From: Paramecium tetraurelia
Taxonomy: Eukaryota
Assembly (NCBI GenBank): GCA_000165425.1
Contig: CT868044.1
Coordinates: 62,001 to 126,000, forward strand
DNA length: 64,000 nucleotides
Direction of reading: 5' to 3'
Position numbers and translations under genes: made by a program. How positions within the stretch are numbered: the first letter of the stretch is position 1; the number at the start of each line of letters is the position of its first letter. This document shows, in pieces, positions 40,291 to 53,539 of the stretch. The notes beneath the pieces are model-generated. The model saw nothing but the letters and a program-made list of their open reading frames with translations. It was not told the DNA's origin and made no database searches.

Positions 40291-40810
40291 ATGATAGTAA
40301 TGATTGAAGAGATCTTACATTTATAATTAATGAGTATTTTTGAGAGTATACATGAAGAAAATCTTTCAATCAAGGTGTAATCTGAAATCTTGTTTTCTCC
40401 AGAAAAAAAGGATCTCAGACCTCGTAAAAATCTATTTCCTGGGATGTTTTAGGAATAAAAAAGAACATACATCAAAGTATCTAAAGAATCCAAGGAATAA
40501 TTACGTGAACTTGTATTCAAGGAAGGGTTTAAAATTAAAGATGTATGATACTGGATTAAGTTTTAAATAGGCTGCTAAGAAACTCTTTATCAAATATGCT
40601 ACTGCTAAAACTATTGTGTTTCATTGGCGAAAAAAGTGTCAGAAACAAAAGAAATAAGAAAGCAAATTTAGCAGATATATTTAATTACAAGGGTTGATCT
40701 CCATTAAATTGAAAATCATCTCAATTATCTAATAAAAGCTCATGTCTTCTGTTGAATACATTGTGCAGCATCCCTCATGTGGTTAATGCTATAAGCGATT
40801 AGAAGACTGA
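40291..40810 (+). CDS. Small HTH-like protein, paralog of the 19990-20415 gene
   Basis: RTYIKVSKESKEQLRELVFKEGFKIKD|AAKKLFIKYATAKTIVFHWRKK; intron 40543-40570; start uncertain. Confidence 0.7.
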
Positions 40811-41351
40811 ATATATTATACAATAATTTATATTAATTCCTTCCATACTTGACTAGAAAATTAAAGGGTTTTCCTCACATTTATAAGTGAAAGTGTCAGT
40901 GATACATTGAAAGTATTTGTCCGGTTATTATACTTTTTAAAAGATCTTTTATTTTAGCCAAGAATTATAATAAGGAACTTATTTTCAAGATATTTATTAA
41001 AGTTGATTATAATTAATATTTACTCCCTTCCAAATATATTTTTCAATATATAAGTTCCTAAAATATCAACAGAGATAACACTTATTTGAGAATGGAAATA
41101 TTAAGCATAAAATTTTAAATTCGAAAATTTATGAAAAATAAAATGAAAAAATTGAACCTCACAAATTCGCTATAATTGACAGTTTTAAGATTTTCACGAT
41201 TCTCCAATCTCTACATGGGCTATATTCATAAAAAAGAAATAGTCCTTTATTAAAAATTATTTTTTTATTACAAATACTGTTTTAAAATTATTTAATATAA
41301 CAATTAAAAAAGTCTTTAAATTATTTGATATAAATTATCATTCATTTTATT

Positions 41352-42787
41352 ATGAATTTATACATAGAATAAGCAGCAGAAGAAATTGAATAAGCTATTT
41401 TTGATTCCGACCAGTTGTTGGCCTTAACCAAAGCTACCATCTAGAAATTTACAAATTATCTAAAGCGAAAATAATAGGAAAAGATCGAACGAAGATTCCA
41501 TCTAAATTCTACCTTTGATGATTCCAATAATATTAAGTAACGAGACAAATAATAATTAAACCAACTTAAAATACTGGAATTCTTCAATAAGGCTCATAAG
41601 GAAATAGATAGATAGTTAAGAGAATTAAAGGAAATGATTCCCTCCAATCCACAAACTTTCATTATAGAGGATATAAATGACCAGGAACAAATCAAAAAAT
41701 TGACAGATTCACAATTAGTATCAAAGACTAACCCTTTAGATTAGAATTTTTCTTAAATTTTTAAACATGCATAAAATGGAGGGCAAAATAATTATAACCA
41801 AACTAAACTCGGGTAGCATAACTAAATGACAAATCAACTTAATAATCAATAATAACAATAAATTTTATTGATATCTCAAAGTTAACAATAAGGAAACTAA
41901 AAAGAAAACAATTAATTCAAAATTTAAAGTGCTCCTCAATTAGAGATTTAATAAGAAAATCTAAAGTCTAAAGTGAAACCAAACTATGAAAATAAAGATT
42001 AAATCATCAACTTTGGAAGATTATAAAAGTTTTCTTATTAGGGATTATCATATCCAAAAAAAAATAACGGAAATTGTGTATTTTGTGGTTTAGAAGCCAA
42101 CGACTCTAATTTAGGACCTCTATTGTAAATCCCCTCTAATCGAAATCCCAATGAAAAATTCGATTTACATGAAATGTGTGGATTATGGAGTTAAAATTTG
42201 GTTTTCTTCGACAAACAAGGATAATGTGATCCAAATAATCTAGATGAAGAAGTGACTAAATCAAAATAAACTGTAATTATTATATCTAATTTAGAAATGT
42301 TTCTTATGTAGCAGACCAGGAGCTACAGTTTGTTGTGCTGTATGTCCAGTAGCATTTCATTTCACTTGCCTTATGAATAGTTCTTAAACAGGTATTAACT
42401 ATTATTAAATACATAGGAAAATTAGTGGAAAGCCAATTCAAATTCTTTTGTGAGACCCATAAAAAGAAAGCTAGCAAATATGAACTAGCCTCAAGTGAAG
42501 AAAAGATCAAGACTAAAAGACCAAAAAAAACTCATTATAAACTAAATCAATCCAAGGCCCTCATTAAAACAAGTCCTAAAAGAAGTCCAAGAAGAAGTCC
42601 TAAGAAATTCAAATCTCCTTCTTAAAAATAAATCAGAATATCAAAATGTATCATACCAACAGAAGATAAAGATGTACACTAGAATAATCATAGTGATTTG
42701 ATGTCCCATGCGCACAAATAATATGAGCCTACTTAACAATAGGTTTAGTCATTAATTTAAGAATCCGACATGAAATTAGAACAATGA
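41352..42787 (+). CDS. Extended PHD (C2HC plus PHD, zf-HC5HC2H) chromatin protein
   Basis: CVFCG...LHEMCGLWS...KCFLCSRPGATVCCAVCPVAFHFTC...FFCETH, followed by SPKR/SPRR/SPKK motifs. Confidence 0.87.
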
Positions 42788-43360
42788 TTGCGATGAATTG
42801 ATTATAATTTATAGTTTCAAGTCTTTTTTCTTAAATAAAATTATAAAAAACCACAATTTCAAATCAATTTTTTAAATGAATGCTTTGTTGTTAATTTAAA
42901 TTTAAAACACTAGTATTAATTTACTATTTAATTTAAATACATAAATACATGTTTTCAAACCTAAATTCAGGGAATATGCTGGGAAAATCAAATTAACAGA
43001 ATTCACTTTAATTTGGGCCTCCACCTTCCTTATAAACAAATCATAGCAATATTTTTGGGACTATGTAATCATAACCCATTTCATAAATGCCTTTACTTTT
43101 TGGCTAGTAATAGTAAATCGCGCCACAAAATTAATCAACTTTTGGTATCAAACAACGTTTAATTAGGATATGGATAAGTATAATAACAGGGATAGTCGAA
43201 CATAGCGCCGATTTTATTTGGTCTATCTTAAAATGTAACCCCAAATTATTATAATTAATAATAATAAAATACGTTTGGCCAGAATCCCATCTAGATTGGA
43301 AATTCATTCCAATTAGTTTAAGAACCTTTGATAAATCCTTATTAGTAATAATAAAATTCA

Positions 43361-44118
43361 ATGTTGTTTCAACTAAATGATGTGAATGTATTCAGAGACA
43401 AATTTAGTATGCTGATTCAAAAATTGACGGACATAGAAAAATAGAAGGGTTCTTTCAAGCAGATCTATTAACAGCAATAATGGTAACAAATGCTTTAACC
43501 ATTGGGTTAAACAATATTCAGTATAGATACAACAAATGTGCTTGAAACATCGGATTAACTTTTGGCAGGATAAAAGGAGTTATCAAGGAAATTAGATAAT
43601 TATATAGCTACTTTGGGATTGGTTCAAAAAATATCGGAGGATGGATTGGATATTTTGAAAAAAGAAGAGGCGTAATTAGCTAATTATTAAAAGGTATAAT
43701 AATCAATGAAAGACTTTCAAGAATAATTGCAGGGATTGAATACTGGAAAGCATCACTTTACGACTCCTTAATAGTATTAGGAATAAATAATTCGGGAATA
43801 AGCGGAGCATTTAGATTTATTGTAAAATGCAGTAGACAAGGCTATTCAAAGTTATGAAAAGGAACCAAATATGAATCAGGATGAACTTTTGTAGTGTAAA
43901 TATCTACATTTACAAGCATTAACACGTTATCTTTATATGCTTTCTGTGAAAATCCGAAATATAAATGAAAGATGTATTTAGAGTATTTGTAATAATTAGC
44001 TACTGCTTTTGAAGCTAAGGTGTTGTCACAATTTTAGAGTGAGAAAAAATTTGATGAGTTTAGTACAATAGAGACACAGAAGGAGATTTTGGATAGAATC
44101 TTAAGAGAGGAAATATGA
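43361..44118 (+). CDS. Uncharacterised helical protein
   Basis: Continuous code-6 frame with 2 inferred introns, ending ...KEILDRILREEI*. Confidence 0.55.
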
Positions 44119-44145
44119 TTATGTTAATAATTTTATAATAATAAC

Positions 44146-45558
44146 ATGAAAGTTTTTACAGTTGCTAGATTAAAACCAGGAGAAACAAAAATAACAATTG
44201 AAAAGAATTAGTTAAGAATTCTGGACAAGTCTTATGAATTTGATGTAATTTTAGATGAATAAACTCAATAAGATGAATTATATGTAGGATTGAATATTGG
44301 GCAATTACTTGAATAATTTAAAAATGGAATTAGTTAAGTGGTTTTCTGTTATGGACAAACAGGGTCAGGCAAAACGTATACAGTGAATTAATTAATACCT
44401 ATGATTTTGCCATAAATTCTGGAGAGTAAATTTGAAATTTCCTTTTCTGTGCTTCAAATTTATAATGAAAAAATATTGGACATGCTTTATAAATAGCAGT
44501 TAAAATTGAGATATAAGAATAACGAATTTGTACCAGAAAATCTCACAAAATTTATATGCCACTCATAAGAAGAGTTAGTAAAATTATATAATAAAGCCAA
44601 TAAAAACAGAATAATTAATTCTCATTAACTAAATGATTTTTCAAGCAGGTCTCATTGTATATACACATTTCATGGTCAAACCACTGATTTGTAATGTGAA
44701 TTTAATATAGTAGATTTGGCTGGTTCTGAAAGATTGAATTAAACAAAGGTATAACAAATTCAAGAGAGTGTTGAAATAAATAAGTCTCTATTTTATTTAA
44801 GGTAAGTAATCTAAAATTTAGCTGATAAAGTTCAATAAATACCATATAGACAATCAAAGTTAACAAGTCTTTTGAAGAAAAGTTTAAATGGTAAATCAAA
44901 TGTCGTGATGGTGATATGTTTGAATCCTTCTGATGACAATTTATTGTAATGTTAACAGTCTGCCTAATATGGAGTAAAGGCTAGATAGATTATTTTATAA
45001 CCTGAACAATAATAAGATGATTAATAAAGATAAATAAGGGAATTAAAATAACAGATAGTAAATTTAGAATAATAGTTAAAGATAGCTCAAAATACTATTA
45101 AATCGTTGAAGTAGAATTAATAGAATCAATTGGTTCAATAGTAATAGAATAGTATTTAGATGGAATAGATTAATTAAATTAACAATCTGTTGGGATAAAA
45201 TAAAAAATTAAGAGATTAAATGCAACATATTAATGAATAGAATTTTGCACTGTCATAATTGAACCATCAGATGTAAAATGAAAATTAGGATTTGAGAGAT
45301 AAGATTAATATATTTGAGGAAATAATTTCTGAGGATTTAAAGAAAAATAAGGATCCTTTTAGAAAGGACTGGGTAGAATTATTCTAAGGGGAAGGTTCAA
45401 ATTACTTGGAAATAATCATTAATAAACTATAATATTACAAGCAATTGCAAGTTAAGTATAACAATGAAAAAATATTGTTGAATCCAATACATTAGACAGT
45501 AAAAAATAGTAGGAATTAGAGATCCTTTTCAATAGGTAAAAGAGAATTTAAATTTTGA
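44146..45558 (+). CDS. Kinesin with compact motor domain (possibly KIF12-like) and Q-rich coiled coil
   Basis: MKVFTVARLKP, CYGQTGSGKTYT, QIYNEKI, LNDFSSRSH, VDLAGSER, IPYRQSKLTSLL; apparently intronless. Confidence 0.9.
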
Positions 45559-45597
45559 TTTCTTGTTATATTTTATTGTTTAATTACAAAACAATAT

Positions 45598-46242
45598 TCA
45601 TCTCGTCTATCTACAATTAGGACAGAACCATTTCGTCTTTTCATCTGGAACATCAGATAATCCCACGCATACCAAATGAAACCATTCTAATTGACAATTT
45701 TTTGAATCGCAAGCCACCATAGTGCCATAACTGGGTTATTAACAAACGCAATATAGGTGCTATTGAGCATCTTCTGCTTATTCATCTTGCAATGGTCTTT
45801 TGGTCTTTTTTATTTTGTCACTCTTTTGCACCATCACAGGAGGTTCCACTTTGACGTCCCTTTGGGATTTACGAGATATGTCTTCTTATTCTCTTGGCAA
45901 TTGTTTAAGTTCTTCCAAAAACTTTTCTCCCTCAATATCAAGTGTTGCTATATATTTTTAATAATTTTATTAAATTATTTCTAAAGCCGCAATTCTTTCT
46001 CTATGCAAAGCCAACAATGATAAGTGATTTCTTTGGATTTACTCTTTCAATTATAAGATGAATTTTTCCTTTTCTGCCGTTGACTCCACAGATTTCAATT
46101 GAAAGACTAGTTTTTATGTTGACTCCAAAGTTTCTTCGTATTTTTTTTCTAAATTTGCCAATTCTCGGACTTTGCTGAAGGCCCTTCTCACATCTATAGG
46201 GGCATAACTAATTAAATCTATGAATTCTTCAATATTTGACAT
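45598..46242 (-). CDS. ING: Inhibitor of growth (ING) family PHD protein
   Basis: N-terminal [26 protein letters not shown]-terminal [40 protein letters not shown]. Confidence 0.93.
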
Positions 46243-46286
46243 TTTCTAAATTTGTATATGTATTTTATTATTATATATATATTATA

Positions 46287-47288
46287 ATGATTAATCAATT
46301 TTTACGAAATATCAAATTGCTTTAGAATGTAAAGCAATTGGTGTTGGGCAATCCCACAGCTGACATGGATTCGTGCATTGGATCCATTCTTTTGGCCTAT
46401 CACATGACTTAATTTCATACTCCAACAGCCCCAATCATCAATTACAATAGAGAATCATTTAGATCTCATTTCGAGACAGCTGAATTATTCGATGCCGATG
46501 ATTTGATATTTATTAACGAGGTGGATTTGAATAAATATGATTTGATTCTCTATGATCACAACGACATCAAATATACAAATAACCAAATTGGATGCATCGA
46601 TCATCATGAGGATAAGGGACAGTAATTTAGTCAGTTTAAAAAGATTGAAAAAGTAGGTTCTGCAGTGACATTGGTGGCAGAATACATGCAGTTGGAATAA
46701 AATTACAAATGCAAATAGGAAATTGCTGAAATAGCCTAATTGATAATGAAGACCATATTGATAGATACTTTCAACTTCCAACAAAATCAATATCAAATCA
46801 GATGGGTAGACAAAGACAAACAAATTTTTGATTTGTGCAATTCATTCTGTCCTTAATTTGATGCTAAAAATGAGTACTAACATCTTACAGATTTGAAATA
46901 TGATGTTAAATTGAATTTACAGCTCTCCCTCACTTAGTAATTGCTCAAAGATTATAAAAAATTTTATACTGTTGGATACAGTGTGATATTTATCAAGTTA
47001 TAAGACTTAATGTAAAAATACAATGAAAATCAATTAATCAATGAGTTCAATGAATTCATGGCCAAAGAAGAATGCAAGACTTTGATTGTTTTTTTCGTCC
47101 ATCTAGAGAATAATATAATATAGAGAAGCATGATTATATATGGAGAAAATCAATAAAAGATAATCTAGTAATTCACTGGATTAAAATTTGAATAATTACA
47201 AAGCCCAATTGCCAATTCATTATTGCTCAAAGACATAGATAATATTTATAGTAGGAAAATTATTGAACCATTAGTATCAAAATTGTGA
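46287..47288 (+). CDS. PPX1: Exopolyphosphatase PRUNE/PPX1 (DHH family)
   Basis: LGNPTADMDS, LYDHN, CIDHH, VGSAVTLV, ILIDT, LLKDYK, SRKIIEP; 333 aa, intronless. Confidence 0.92.
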
Positions 47289-48019
47289 AAATATATTAAA
47301 GTATAACTATATATATTATTGATATTATATGGTTATACATTCTAATGTATTTAATTATCCCTTTAGGTTCTATTTATTATAAAGAGAACCTAATTATATC
47401 GCAGGTATTTCCTCTTTTATCATATAAGTTCAATTTAATTTTAATTTATATTTGATGTATTTTTCCGAATACTTATTTTGAATGTTTATCTATTTAAATC
47501 AGATTTTAATAATCCATTAATATTAGCACATCTCATTTTCCCATTTTGTCTATATATTTTATGACCTGAAGTTTCTATTCTATGTGTAATTAAAATTAAT
47601 TAATATTCCCTTTTTGAAAAATATTTTATGCATTAAAATCGTCCAAAATATAATGAGATCCAAAATTATTAAAATCTATCAAAAGAAAGAAGGAGTCATT
47701 CTTTAACATTAAATTGATCTTCCAAAAATTGATTGAACTTCTATAATAATTCATATTTTATATTGTAATCTATAATTACTTACACAATCCGATTTACTTC
47801 CTAATATAATCAAAATGATTAGTGACTACATTTATGCATATATTAGCTTCAATTACAATAATTTTCACAGCCTCAAACTGGTCAAAAAGTCAAGAATATT
47901 GAATATATTTTCATTTATCATATGTGTTAAATAAATCCAGGAAAATGAAGAAATAATTATAGATCACTAAATCTAGAGTAACATGTTTGTTTAAATGCAA
48001 AAGATATTTAATATAAGAA

Positions 48020-48781
48020 TCAGTTGAGCTTCTCATTTTATATAAGTTTAGGTAAAATCAAAGCTCTTGATTTGTGAATTTACGAAAATTGAGTGGTTTT
48101 TAGCGAACGTGCTGATTAGGAGAAATAAGTATTCATCATTAGGAGTTTTTTGGAGCTTTTGAGGGTTCTACTACTGGTAGTCATTTCAATTAAAGGTGAT
48201 TTAGTTGATGTTGGACTTGAATCATTAAAATTTTTAATATTGAGAGATTTTACCGAATGATTTTCTGATGTTGAAGTATTCACAAAACCACTTCTGTTGA
48301 TACTACCTTTTCTGGATCTTTCTTGACTTTCAGCTATAAACTACTGCACAGTGTTTTGCCTTTAGTAATTTTTGCTAAATCCGTGAATCTCCAAAGAAAG
48401 TCTGGCTTAATTATTTTCTAAGGATTTTAATGATTATAATCGATAAAAAATGCTTCTTCGTTCTATTATGGTAAATTTTAATATACGTGTAGTTTAGCTG
48501 GGAGTCTCTTAAATTTATGGTTCTACTTTTTCAGCTGACTTTTTTTATTTTCTATAAGGGATATTCATGGTATCAAATTAAAAGGAACTCAAATCGCCAC
48601 ACAATTAACAATGACAGCTTTTTCTCCTAATTTTGACACTCTGTTCGATGGCTTTAGTTTTATTAATTTAAAAGTTTGTATTGCGACGAGTTCTCTTCCT
48701 CTCATTTAAAACTAAATTGTAAGTGTCCATTAGAGCCAGAGCCTAGATGATTTAGGAAGAGGAGGGTGACTAATTTTTCAT
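48020..48781 (-). CDS. Uncharacterised basic protein with RRKSCxCxxCG motif (member B)
   Basis: Intronless 253-aa ORF: ...IRRKSCHCQLCGDLSSFQFDTMNIP..., S/T/K-rich tail. Confidence 0.75.
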
Positions 48782-48827
48782 TATAATTAATTATGATTAT
48801 TAAAGGCAAAAAAGTGAAATATATAAT

Positions 48828-49675
48828 TCAATCACGTTTTCGCATTAAAGATTTTCTCTAATACATTTGTTCATCTTTTATTTTCTAAGTAATGGAAGGT
48901 AACTTTGGAGCAAAATTTCGAGGAGGGGAAAGAAACTTTTTAGAAGATCCCAAATAAGGATTGAGGTAAACAGCATTTAGGGTGTAATCAAAGGAGTTCA
49001 TTTTAGGCTATTATGGCGAGGATTGTTCACTCAAAGGTGAATTTGCTAATTTAGGAGTTAAAGATAGTCTGGATTCAAAATTAGGTAATTTTAGTTTGGA
49101 TTGTTTGAGTAATCTGGTAGTTGTTTTTGAGGTTTAATTACTAAGCTAATACATTAATCCATGATTTTATTATTTAAAATTCCTAAAAAATTGACTCTTT
49201 GTTTCTAAAATTTAAAATATTTATTACACATGTTAATGTTCGATATTAATTAATGGACTTTTCGTGAATTTTTACAATTTTTAATAGAGATAGGTTTGAA
49301 TAGTGGTATATTTTGGTTTCTTACTTCAAATTGTGTCAAATTCCCACATTCAGAACAATGGCAGCTTTTCCTTCTTTTTTTGGATGTCAGATGAAACTTT
49401 TCAAAATCTTCTTGACAGGTTTTTAATCTGCTTTCTAAATGTTCAAGTCTTTTAATTTCCTGTTGTGTTGAATTATCAGATTCATTGTTATTGGATGTGG
49501 ATGCCCATTATAAAATCTGAACATCATGAAACCTTATTTAATATTCACTTTCTTTTCCACATTAAGTGCATGTACAGCTTTTTCTTCTGCTTTTGAGATT
49601 AACATGAAATAAGAGATCTGGTTCATTGCTCTATATGCTTCCTGTTCTTCGTTTATGTGGATTAAATTCTCTCAT
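48828..49675 (-). CDS. Uncharacterised basic protein with two RRKSCxCxxCG motifs (member C)
   Basis: RRKSCTCTQCGKESEYQ and RRKSCHCSECGNLTQFEVRNQNIP; one 23-nt intron; LNPYL near the C-terminus. Confidence 0.75.
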
Positions 49676-49772
49676 TTTTATTTTTAATTTGTAATAAGGA
49701 TAAAAACTCAATAAATTAAATGAATTCAAAAAACAGATAAATACAATAAAAATCATAAAGTTAGAATGATGT

Positions 49773-50633
49773 TCAATTTTAGGCTTTAGAGTGGGAAAAT
49801 ATCTTCTTGTTGGTTTTCCTAGCTGAAGAATTGCTTTTCAATTTTAAAGGGACTAATAGATTGAAATTAATTTATCTGAAACTAAGATAAGGAGATAATT
49901 TGGGTATGTTTCTGGGTGATGTCAGATTGTTCTCACAATCGAACCCTGGCACGGTCTTTATCCTAGCACCAGGACTATCTATGTAAGACTTTTGATATAT
50001 AGTACGTATACTGTTTGGCACATGGATGGTCTATTGGCTTTTGGGATTGAGCAAATCCTCACCCAGAATCTTTTTATGGGATAATTAATAGGAGTGTTTT
50101 GAGTGTGAGTTCTCCATTAACTTTTGAACGTTTATTATTGATTTTCTCATTACCATTTGTCTAATGAACCATCCTGGACTTTTGGAATCGCCGAGATCAC
50201 AGGTAGGAGATTTTTGATTTTCAACTTTTTCTGAATTTTTTTAAGTGTTCCTACGATAAAATACACTACGATCTTTAAATATTGAATTCATTGTACTTAT
50301 ACTCTAAATATTGAGTGTGCATCTCCTATCAATGTTGCATTGTGCTCTTTTGTTAAGTGCTTTAGGTTATTTGGATAATTTTAGATCCATGAATTACAAT
50401 TATTTCTTTCCCATACTACCACATTCATTGCAGTAACAACTTTTTCTTCTGGAGGGACCATGAACAAGACTCATATTTTATTAATCAGAGTCAGTAGCCT
50501 CCTGACTTTTGGGTCTGGTTTTCCTTTTTTTAACGAGCGATTTGATATAAAACATGGGTTTACAAATTAGTTTCTGTTAAAATTTGATCTAAACACCACT
50601 ATCTAATGAATAGGATGGAGTGTCTCTTATCAT
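49773..50633 (-). CDS. Uncharacterised basic protein with RRKSCxCxxCG motif (member D)
   Basis: PSRRKSCYCNECGSMGKKQLQFMD...SPRNIPKLSPYLSFRQI; probably one intron. Confidence 0.75.
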
Positions 50634-50760
50634 CTTATTTATTAATAATTAATTTAATTATTCAGTAATCCTATTTTCGATTCATGTTGTTTAATTAATT
50701 CTCCGTATAAAATGTAATAATAAGCTAATTCATCGCAACAGAACCTCTTAATCAAAATAT

Positions 50761-51888
50761 TCAATTACAAAATACATATTTCTTATATACAATATAGCTC
50801 ATTGTGAATTTTGAACTGTTTGCTGGACAATATCTTGATCCCACAGTATCGCCAACTACACTTTCAAGCTCTTTAGTAATTAATTTAATTAATCGTCACT
50901 CTTGATTTGGGGATTCAACAGAATGTTGCCATACAACTTTGTGATCAATTGGAAGAAGACTTCCAGGGGATACTGATAGTTGTCCTTCCAATTCACACCC
51001 AACATGGTTTTGGCTCTGCCGATCAAATCAAAATATTGCGGTTGTACTCCTGCATTTGCTAGAATCCAAATGGATAAGAGGTTGTTGTACATTAGACTGG
51101 ACGGTTACATGATTCTGACCTTAACCGATTGATTTTATACATAGAATCTACCCAGCACATCTTGATTCAATTCTATGATATTGACAATGAAGGACTTTGC
51201 TACCTAACAATTCTTGTAAGAGTTCTCCATAAATTACATCACGTACAGATAGGCATTCTCTATTTGATCAATGGGGAGAGACTCTTCAGTAAGTTTCGAG
51301 ATTTGTTTCCAAGTGGGCTGATTGTATTGAATCTATTGGTTCTACTCTTGAGTGCGCATCTGTTCGTCCTTCTTGAAATAGTTTATGATCTTTTCACTAA
51401 CAAGTACAAGCGGTTTTAAGATGTTTGAAATTGGTCTCACGTCTTCTTACTTGATCTGTTCAACTTATTTGAAGGATTCTTGAGAGGGAGGCCTACTTAA
51501 TTTCATTTTGGACCACAATTATTGGGCTGAGTAGAAGAATCCATCGAAAACTGCTCGAAAGTAGGCATTCTCTAATTTAATGACTCTACATGATACCGAT
51601 TTTGTATGGCTGGATTCTCAGAATGGCCTTCTCGTAAAATTCCTAATACTAACAATCCTCATTCTCAAGCCAAGTAAATAAGAGATGTTCAAAACAAAAT
51701 TACCAAGCCAAATGGTTGATAGAGCCATCCAATTCAATTGAAATCGAATACCCTGCATATATTCTCCATTCTTCTCCCAATGTCTACAGGAGGGCCTTAA
51801 TAAACTTCTCCTTCTTTATCAATTGAGAGGTGTTTTCAAATAAGTTGAAGTTACTATAATAACAATATTAAGTATCCCTGGATTACAT
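50761..51888 (-). CDS. Uncharacterised protein
   Basis: Long code-6 frame with GC-richer codons (MQSRDTQYCYY...LGEEWRIYAGYSISIELDGSINHLAW...); at least one intron. Confidence 0.7.
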
Positions 51889-51927
51889 ATTTTATTATTA
51901 CATCTCTCAAATACTTAAAAATATATA

Positions 51928-52360
51928 ATGGATTAAACAAATCATGAAATGCTTGAATTAAAAATGGTATTTCTCACTTGTATGAAAAATAGTAATTATT
52001 AGGAGGCACATCTAATAATTCAAAAATTTGAAAGTAATTATCATGAATAAGTTTTGAAGATTGATCCCTACAATCCCTAATTTGGGAAATACAATAGGTT
52101 TTAGACTGAATTCAAGACTATCCTGGAGAAAAAAAAAAAGAATTGAAGGAAGAAAAAGAAAAAGATGAAGAATAAAAATAAGCAGAAGATAAGGAATCTG
52201 ATGGGCCTGATCCTAACGATGTGCCTTATCTGGAAGTAGAATTAGGGATTCAACAATATGAAGCTGAAATTTCAGAAAAGAAAATGCAATTGTTTCAACT
52301 TTTTTTAAATGTTGATACTGATGACAAACAGGGTGTCTTAGCCTCAATTAGAAAATCTAG
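51928..52360 (+). pseudogene. ERICH2-like small protein, frameshifted at an A11 run (pseudogene or sequence error)
   Basis: MLELKMVFLTCMKNSNYQEAHLIIQKF..LKIDPYNP resembles the ERICH2 core; the frame stops at 52144-52146 while an acidic tail continues in a shifted frame. Confidence 0.4.
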
Positions 52361-52389
52361 TTAATAAATATGTTTATATAAAAATTTAA

Positions 52390-53517
52390 ATGGGTAAATC
52401 GATATCTTGGATTGGAGCAGTCGTTGCATCTGCTTTTTGTTGGGCTAGTGCTGATATAACCTTTGACGTCATTCTTGATAGTAAAGAATCGGATCTGCCT
52501 CAAAAGAAATAGCTATTGCCATAAACTACTACACACCTTACTCATTCTTAAACTATGTTACTTTGTGCATTGACGACATATATAATAGTAATAAAATAAT
52601 ATTATATACATATAGATTTTTGTATACTTTATATATATAGAATCGATTGGACCTCTGTATTCAGAATTAGTTGGTAAGTATTCACTCTTTGCGTCTGTTT
52701 AATCATTGCCGTTTTTGATTGTTAGTGGCACATTCTCCTATTACCATTATCATTTTATTATCAAAGCCTTTGAGAACTCATCAAGTACTGTCATACTACC
52801 ATTTTTATAAGTAATTATATTTTACTAATTAGTTTTCTTCAATTTTTGCTTTTCTATTCTTAATTCTCCAAAACTACATCTCAAATAGGCCTTTTTTGTC
52901 TAGTTATTTGCATTTATTGGCTTACTTTTTGATACTTCTTGGAGGTTTAGCCCCAGCCACTGATGGGCATTTGATTCGGATTTTCCAAATTAAATTTTGG
53001 TCTTAGCCATTTGTAAAATTTGCTATCATTTCCGACATGTCTCATGCTTTATACACCAATATCATCAGTTATGTTGGCAGAGGAGATAATGACAGTCAAT
53101 AGTTTAACATATATGTAAACATGGAATTCTTCATTCTTACTCGAGTAATGTTTGTAATAATCCAAACGGTTAAATTATATTCCAATCCAGAAATGTAGAT
53201 TGAATTCATTTAATTGTTTAACAAGCCAATCCCCTTAATTTTAGGTACCATGATTGGAGAATTTATGACGTTATTTGGTTACTTCAGCTCTGTTTATGCT
53301 TATTAAACATATTACTAAGTAAATAATTGAAATAATATTTCAGGCTGCTGTTATAAGTGCCAGCGAATCTTCATTGAATTTAATTATGAATTTGTTCTTA
53401 GCATATTTTGTTAAGAAACACTTGAATATAGGGAAGTAGGCATCTTTATACCATTTGTAATTGAAGGTTGTATCCTGCTTAGCAATAAGCATTGGATTAG
53501 CCATAGCTACAATATGA
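52390..53517 (+). CDS. Drug/metabolite transporter (EamA/DMT-like) membrane protein
   Basis: WIGAVVASAFCWASAD, YHFIIKAFENSSSTVILPFLQ|FSSIF, about 10 hydrophobic helices in two halves; several introns. Confidence 0.7.
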
Positions 53518-53539
53518 TTTATTAATTTGATTAAAGTAA

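Noticed and set aside
43520..43550. In-frame TGA suggesting selenocysteine or readthrough in the 43361-44118 gene
   Set aside because: A different frame plus a 29-nt GT..AG intron gives a clean ORF without it.
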